A stretch of 26,031 nucleotides of DNA. Origin: Octopus sinensis. Taxonomy: Eukaryota. A model generated the notes under the pieces. That model ran no database searches, was not told the origin of the DNA, and worked only from the letters and a program-made list of their open reading frames with translations. The stretch covers positions 1 to 26,031 of the forward strand of contig NW_021835646.1 of NCBI RefSeq assembly GCF_006345805.1, read 5' to 3'. Each line of letters starts with the position of its first letter. Positions within the stretch are counted from its first letter, which is position 1. The position numbers were made by a program, and so were the translations under genes. Positions 21,306 through 26,031 of this stretch are shown here, piece after piece.

Positions 21306-21682
21306 AGATCACTCTTTTCAATAAGCTCACAGAACGAGACGCCAGTCCGTCGCAGGGTCGTCGTTTACAGCTGAATAAACGGGAGCAAAGTGAACAGAAG
21401 ACAGGCAGACAGACAGACCGATGGACAGACAGACAAACAGACAAAGAAATAGATAAATAGAGGGAGAGAGAGAGGGGAAATGGAAAGTGAGGGGGAGAGA
21501 TTTAGACCGAGGCTTAAGAGAGAGTTGCTTGACCTCCAAGAAATAGCAGTTAAATTTCCTAACGTTTCTAAAGAAGAAATGTCGTTCTAGGTTTACAAAA
21601 TTACAAAAATGGCCATGGTTGGAATACTTTTGATTATAGGTTTAGAGCTGACCGTCTGCTTGATCCGAGCTGCCTTTAAACG

Positions 21683-21691
21683 GACGACGAT

Positions 21692-21743
<52 letters not shown>

Positions 21744-21942
21744 ACGACGGTGAAGAAGACGATGATGACGATGACGACGACGATGACGATGACGACGACG
21801 ACGATGATGACGACGACGACGATGATGACGACGACGACGATGACAATGACGACGTTGACAATGACGACGACGACGACGATGACGATGACGATGACGACGA
21901 CGACGATGACGATGACGACGACGACGACGATGACGACGACGA
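21683..21942. repeat. (GAC/GAT)n trinucleotide repeat, ~260 bp
   Basis: Direct reading; source of the poly-T/M and poly-S ORFs. Confidence 0.95.
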
Positions 21943-22195
21943 CACAGCCTCCGTTACGTCTCCGTCGACACGCTATTACGTAAAACTAAAATGTGTCATC
22001 TTGATTCTATGTCAGTTGTTACATTTACTAAAGCAAAACATAACCAAAACACACACACACACACACGTTAGTCATTGAGAGAGAGGGGGGAGAGAGAGAT
22101 AGAAAGAGTTCACAGTAGCTTTAATTTAGCATTCTTTTAGATATTTAGGGCACAGTCAACAGTCGCTTCCTCAACTATGGTAGGATGGCATTGCT

Positions 22196-22734
22196 TAGAG
22201 AAATGAGGAGGAATGGCGAAGAGAATGGCATGAAGAAGAATACAGGAAGAGAGAGAGAGGGAGAAGGAGAGAGAGAAGGAGACAGAGACAGAAAGAGAGA
22301 AATGACAAGAGAGAAAAAGAAGGAAGAAAATGCTTCCGTCTAACTTAGCATCTGCAATTAGAGGAAGATAGCTAGAGAGACAGACAGACAGACAGATAGA
22401 TAGATAGATAAAGAGAGAGGGAGATAGATAGATAGCTAGATAGATAGATAGCTAGATAGATAGATATAGATAGATAAAGAGAGAGTAAGAAAGATTTAGA
22501 GAGATAGAGAGAGTAGGAGAGATTTAGAGAATGTGAGATTTAGAGAGTGTGAGATTTAGACAGAGATGTAGAGGGAAATTAAGGAGTATGAAAGATAGAT
22601 AGACAGAGAGAGAGAGAGAGTAAGAAAGATTTAGAGAGAGAGAGAGAGAGAGAGAGAGTAAGAAAGAGGAAAGAGAGAGAGAGAGGGAGAGGGAGAAGAG
22701 AGAAGGAGAGAGAGAGAAGATGAGAGTGAGAGAA

Positions 22735-22768
<34 letters not shown>

Positions 22769-22857
22769 CGGGAGGGAGAGAGAGGAGGAGAGGGAGAGAA
22801 GAGGGGAGAGGGAGGAGAAGGAGACTAGGGAGAAAAGAGGAGAGAGAGAGAGAGAGA
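22196..22857. repeat. Purine-rich (GA/GATA/GGA) tract
   Basis: The plus strand is strongly purine-skewed, and 22643-22857 is almost pure A/G. Confidence 0.93.
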
Positions 22858-23083
22858 TTGATTTAAGCATTTCAATGACAGTGACGCCACGAACTAGATT
22901 CTGGCATAGTTATTTTGTAACCTTGTTGTCAAAGCTAACTATTACATACATATACGATAGCATAATGTGGCCAATACATCGTCAGGCATACACGTACATA
23001 CCAACATACATAGGTCATGCACACGTACAAACCGATACACACATATATACATACATACTGACATACATCTGTGTGTGTGTCTC

Positions 23084-23117
<34 letters not shown>

Positions 23118-23349
23118 CGTGTGTGTATGTATGAAATAAGAATTATTAATTATATAAAAAAGTCAGTTAGAAAAATAGAAATAAACACACACGTGATGTG
23201 AGGGAGATTTTGTTTAAGCGCTTTTCGTTATTGTCAGCGTTTCAAACCTAAGATCGAACGTAAAAATTTTTAAAAAGCTTTTTACTGATATAATTAATAC
23301 TTTTTGATTTAAGAAAATCTTTTTTGGAACATTGCAACTGAATCGAGAA

Positions 23350-23395
<46 letters not shown>

Positions 23396-23524
23396 CGTGT
23401 GTATGTCTGTATATATATATGTAAATATATATGTATATGTATATACATACATATACACACACACATATATATAAGTTACCTGGAAGAGGATGCGTGGCGT
23501 TCAATTATATATATATATATATAT

Positions 23525-23675
23525 AAAGGATTGAGCGGACAGAACACAATAAGGAGAAAAAGTTAGACGAAAGCAGAGCAAACGGGAAACGAGACGAAAG
23601 CTTAACGAATGGGGAATATAGTCAAAGACACGATGCACGGATTCGCAGCTGAATCCTCGTCAGTCAACGAAACAT
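23525..23675 (-). mobile_element. Short element in (TA)n with a partial hammerhead-like motif
   Basis: TA runs on both sides. The minus strand has ctgacga-ggattc-(agctgc)-gaatcc, then a pyrimidine-rich tail ending caatccttt-atata, an architecture like 14407-14614. Confidence 0.45.
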
Positions 23676-23758
<83 letters not shown>

Positions 23759-23777
23759 TATAATATGTAATGTGGTA

Positions 23778-23975
23778 TGTGTGTGTGTCTTTGTGCTTGT
23801 CCCCACCGCTTGATAACCGGTGTTGCTTTGTTTACGTTCCGGTAACTGGCGGTTCGGTAGATAATATCGAGAGAAAAAGTAGCAGGCGCAACCATAATAA
23901 ATACTGATTTCAATTCGTTCATCTAAAACCCTTCAGCGCGGTGCTCCAGCATGGCCACAGTCCAATGAATGAAAC
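23778..23975 (+). mobile_element. SINE family B, 3' half
   Basis: gcttgataaccggtgttgctttgtttacgttccggtaactggcggttcgg...gcggtgctccagcatggccacagtccaatgaatgaaac. Confidence 0.85.
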
Positions 23976-24296
23976 TAATTTTTAGGAATAAAATCAACGA
24001 ATAAAGAGCAGTCCACACAGTTTGGTCCACGAAATATTGATGGCTTCTGTTTCACTCTTGTCTACATGACAGTCCTTCCCCACGAATGGCATCTTACCAT
24101 ATTTCTTACCATTTCGTCTTACGGCATTAGGAGGATTCTACCTCCAGGAAGATTCTCTTGCTGTGTGTCAAACCTTCCTTCATTTGCGATTTCGTAACAG
24201 ATTTGTTTAGAATTAGCTCATGATCCACATCTCTTTTATATATACATTCATACATACATATATATTATTATAGCATCGTATGTAAACATACATAAT

Positions 24297-24625
24297 GTGG
24301 CTGTGTGGTAAGAAGTTTGCTTCCCAACCACATGGTCCCGGGTTCAGTCCCACTGCATGACACCTTGAGCAAGTGTCTTCTAATAAAATCTTGGGCTGAC
24401 CAAAGCCTTGTGGGTAGATTTGGTAAATGGAAACTCAAAGAAGCCTATCGTATATATATATATGTACGATGTGTTTACGTCCCCATAACTTAGCGGTTCG
24501 GTAAAAGAACCGATAGAATAAGTACTAGACTTACTAAGAATAAGTCATGAGGTCAGTTTCTTCACTAAAGGCGGTGCTCCAGCATAGCCTTAGTCAAATG
24601 ACTGAAACAAATAAAAGAATAAAAG
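24297..24625 (+). mobile_element. SINE family B, near full length
   Basis: gtggctgtgtggtaagaagtttgcttcccaaccacatggtcccgggttcagtcccactgc ... aggcggtgctccagcatagccttagtcaaatgactgaaacaa. Confidence 0.9.
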
Positions 24626-24808
24626 TATATATACATATACATATATATATATAGCTCGAAACCTTGTGTGTATATATATAATATATTAATAAATAAAACC
24701 GTCACGTTGAAGTCTGCGCTGCAGAACCGGTCCACGTAAGTCCTATATATATATAAATATATATATAAATGTATGTACGTATGTATGTATGTATATACAT
24801 ACATTCAT

Positions 24809-24866
<58 letters not shown>

Positions 24867-25468
24867 GTGTGTGTGTGTATGTATTCTGGATGTTTAGATC
24901 GTATCTCTTGTCTTTGCATGATGAAGACATATTTTTCGATGCGCGAGGCGGGGTGGGGGAAGGAAATAGCGATCGTTCCTCCAAGATAAGCGACGATTCT
25001 TATCTCGGTTGGTGTCAAAATCCAACTAAAAAAGATAAATACATAAATATCCATGCAGGAACTTTTTTGCTTTTGACATGTCGAGAGACTTTTTCCTCCA
25101 AGACTCTGTTGAGATAATTCTACCAAACTCTTCTAGAATTACACTACATGTCAGCTTTGGCGAATTACTTTCAACTCTCGTTAATTAGAATTAATTGGAA
25201 TAACTCCCATCCCTGTCATTAATGAATATCTATCACATTAGTTCATGTGTGGTCTTCAGCATTATCAATGGCAATTCTCATAGACATCCAGCAACTTTCT
25301 GTCTTGCGGTCGGGTTATGTGGTTAACAAATTCCATTTGTATCTACCTTGTTCCAGGTTCGATCTCACAACGTAGGAGCTTTGGTATGTATGTTCTATAT
25401 TTTTGGATTCATCAATATTATCTTTCGAGTGTCATTTGGTAAACGACTAGACACTGTGTAGGGGCTAA

Positions 25469-25520
<52 letters not shown>

Positions 25521-25675
25521 AGGACGGCGAACTGGCAGAATGGTTAGCAGGCTGGGTAAAATGCTTAGCAGCATTTCGTCCGTCTTTCTGTTTTGATGTA
25601 TAATTCCGCTTTCATCCTCTCAGAGCCGATAAAATCAGTACCAGTTAAGTGCTGGGGTCGACGTAGTCGATTTAA
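25521..25675 (+). mobile_element. SINE family A copy, 3' end replaced by the fold-back element
   Basis: ggacggcgaactggcagaatggttagc...ttcatcctctcagagccgataaaatcagtaccagttaagtgctggggtcgacgtagtcgatttaa. Confidence 0.82.
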
Positions 25676-25987
25676 ATCGCCAAAAAAAAACAACACTGAT
25701 AAATACTACAGAAATCACCGGCCGTGAGCAAACGGGCTCGGACAATCTCTCAACATACTTTCAAGTATTAGGACTCACGTGGACCGGTTTCTGGACTGGC
25801 ATTATAGTCTCACCTTCCTCAACACGCGTTCCCATGATGGGAAGCCCCAGCCCGTCACGTTGAAGTCTGCGCTGCAGAACCGGTCCACGTAAGTCCTAAT
25901 TTGAATGTATGTTGAGAGATTGTCCGAGCCTATTTGCCCACGGACGGTTGATTTCTGTAGTTATCAGTGTTTTTTTCGGCGATTTAA
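25672..25987. mobile_element. Long-TIR fold-back element/MITE bounded by TTAA
   Basis: 25672-25793 is the imperfect reverse complement of 25875-25987 (e.g. ggctcggacaatctctcaacatac / gtatgttgagagattgtccgagcc). The spacer is ~81 bp, and ttaa lies at both outer ends. Confidence 0.8.
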
Positions 25988-26031
25988 TTAAGAGTTTTGA
26001 CTGTTATTTCCAGCAGGTAGACATATATAGA

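Noticed and set aside
21609-21983. 124-aa ORF with a hydrophobic N-terminus and Thr-rich body resembling a secreted mucin
   Set aside because: The N-terminus derives from a family D repeat and the body from the (GAC/GAT)n microsatellite.
24910-24950. atgatga-agac-atattt-ttc-gatg-cgcg as a hammerhead
   Set aside because: It needs several core substitutions (C3, GAAA, stem II). It is at best a relic and cannot be supported from this copy alone.

Overview
Repeat-dominated, AT-rich eukaryotic intergenic or intronic DNA. The microsatellite load and SINE families strongly resemble an Octopus (coleoid cephalopod) genome; this is recognition from memory, not a search. No intact protein-coding gene is supported, and most listed ORFs are microsatellite read-throughs. 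The only real coding remnants are a decayed Tc1/mariner (DUF4817-type) transposase at ~1876-2417 and the C-terminal end of an RTE-type LINE ORF at ~17585-17931. The window holds many tRNA-derived SINE copies of at least three families, several TIR/MITE DNA elements with visible TSDs, and several fold-back structures. The most interesting signal is a set of minimal hammerhead-ribozyme (HHR) motifs in small non-coding retroelements. Foremost is a ~1 kb head-to-head palindromic dimer of a tRNA-headed, HHR-bearing element (12290-13281), flanked by a candidate 12-bp TSD, in which one arm has lost the ribozyme core and the other has lost the tRNA body. There is also a second minimal HHR at 14483-14517 and a candidate strand-permuted HHR at 1233-1294. 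Repeat boundaries were read by eye and are approximate unless exact motifs are quoted.
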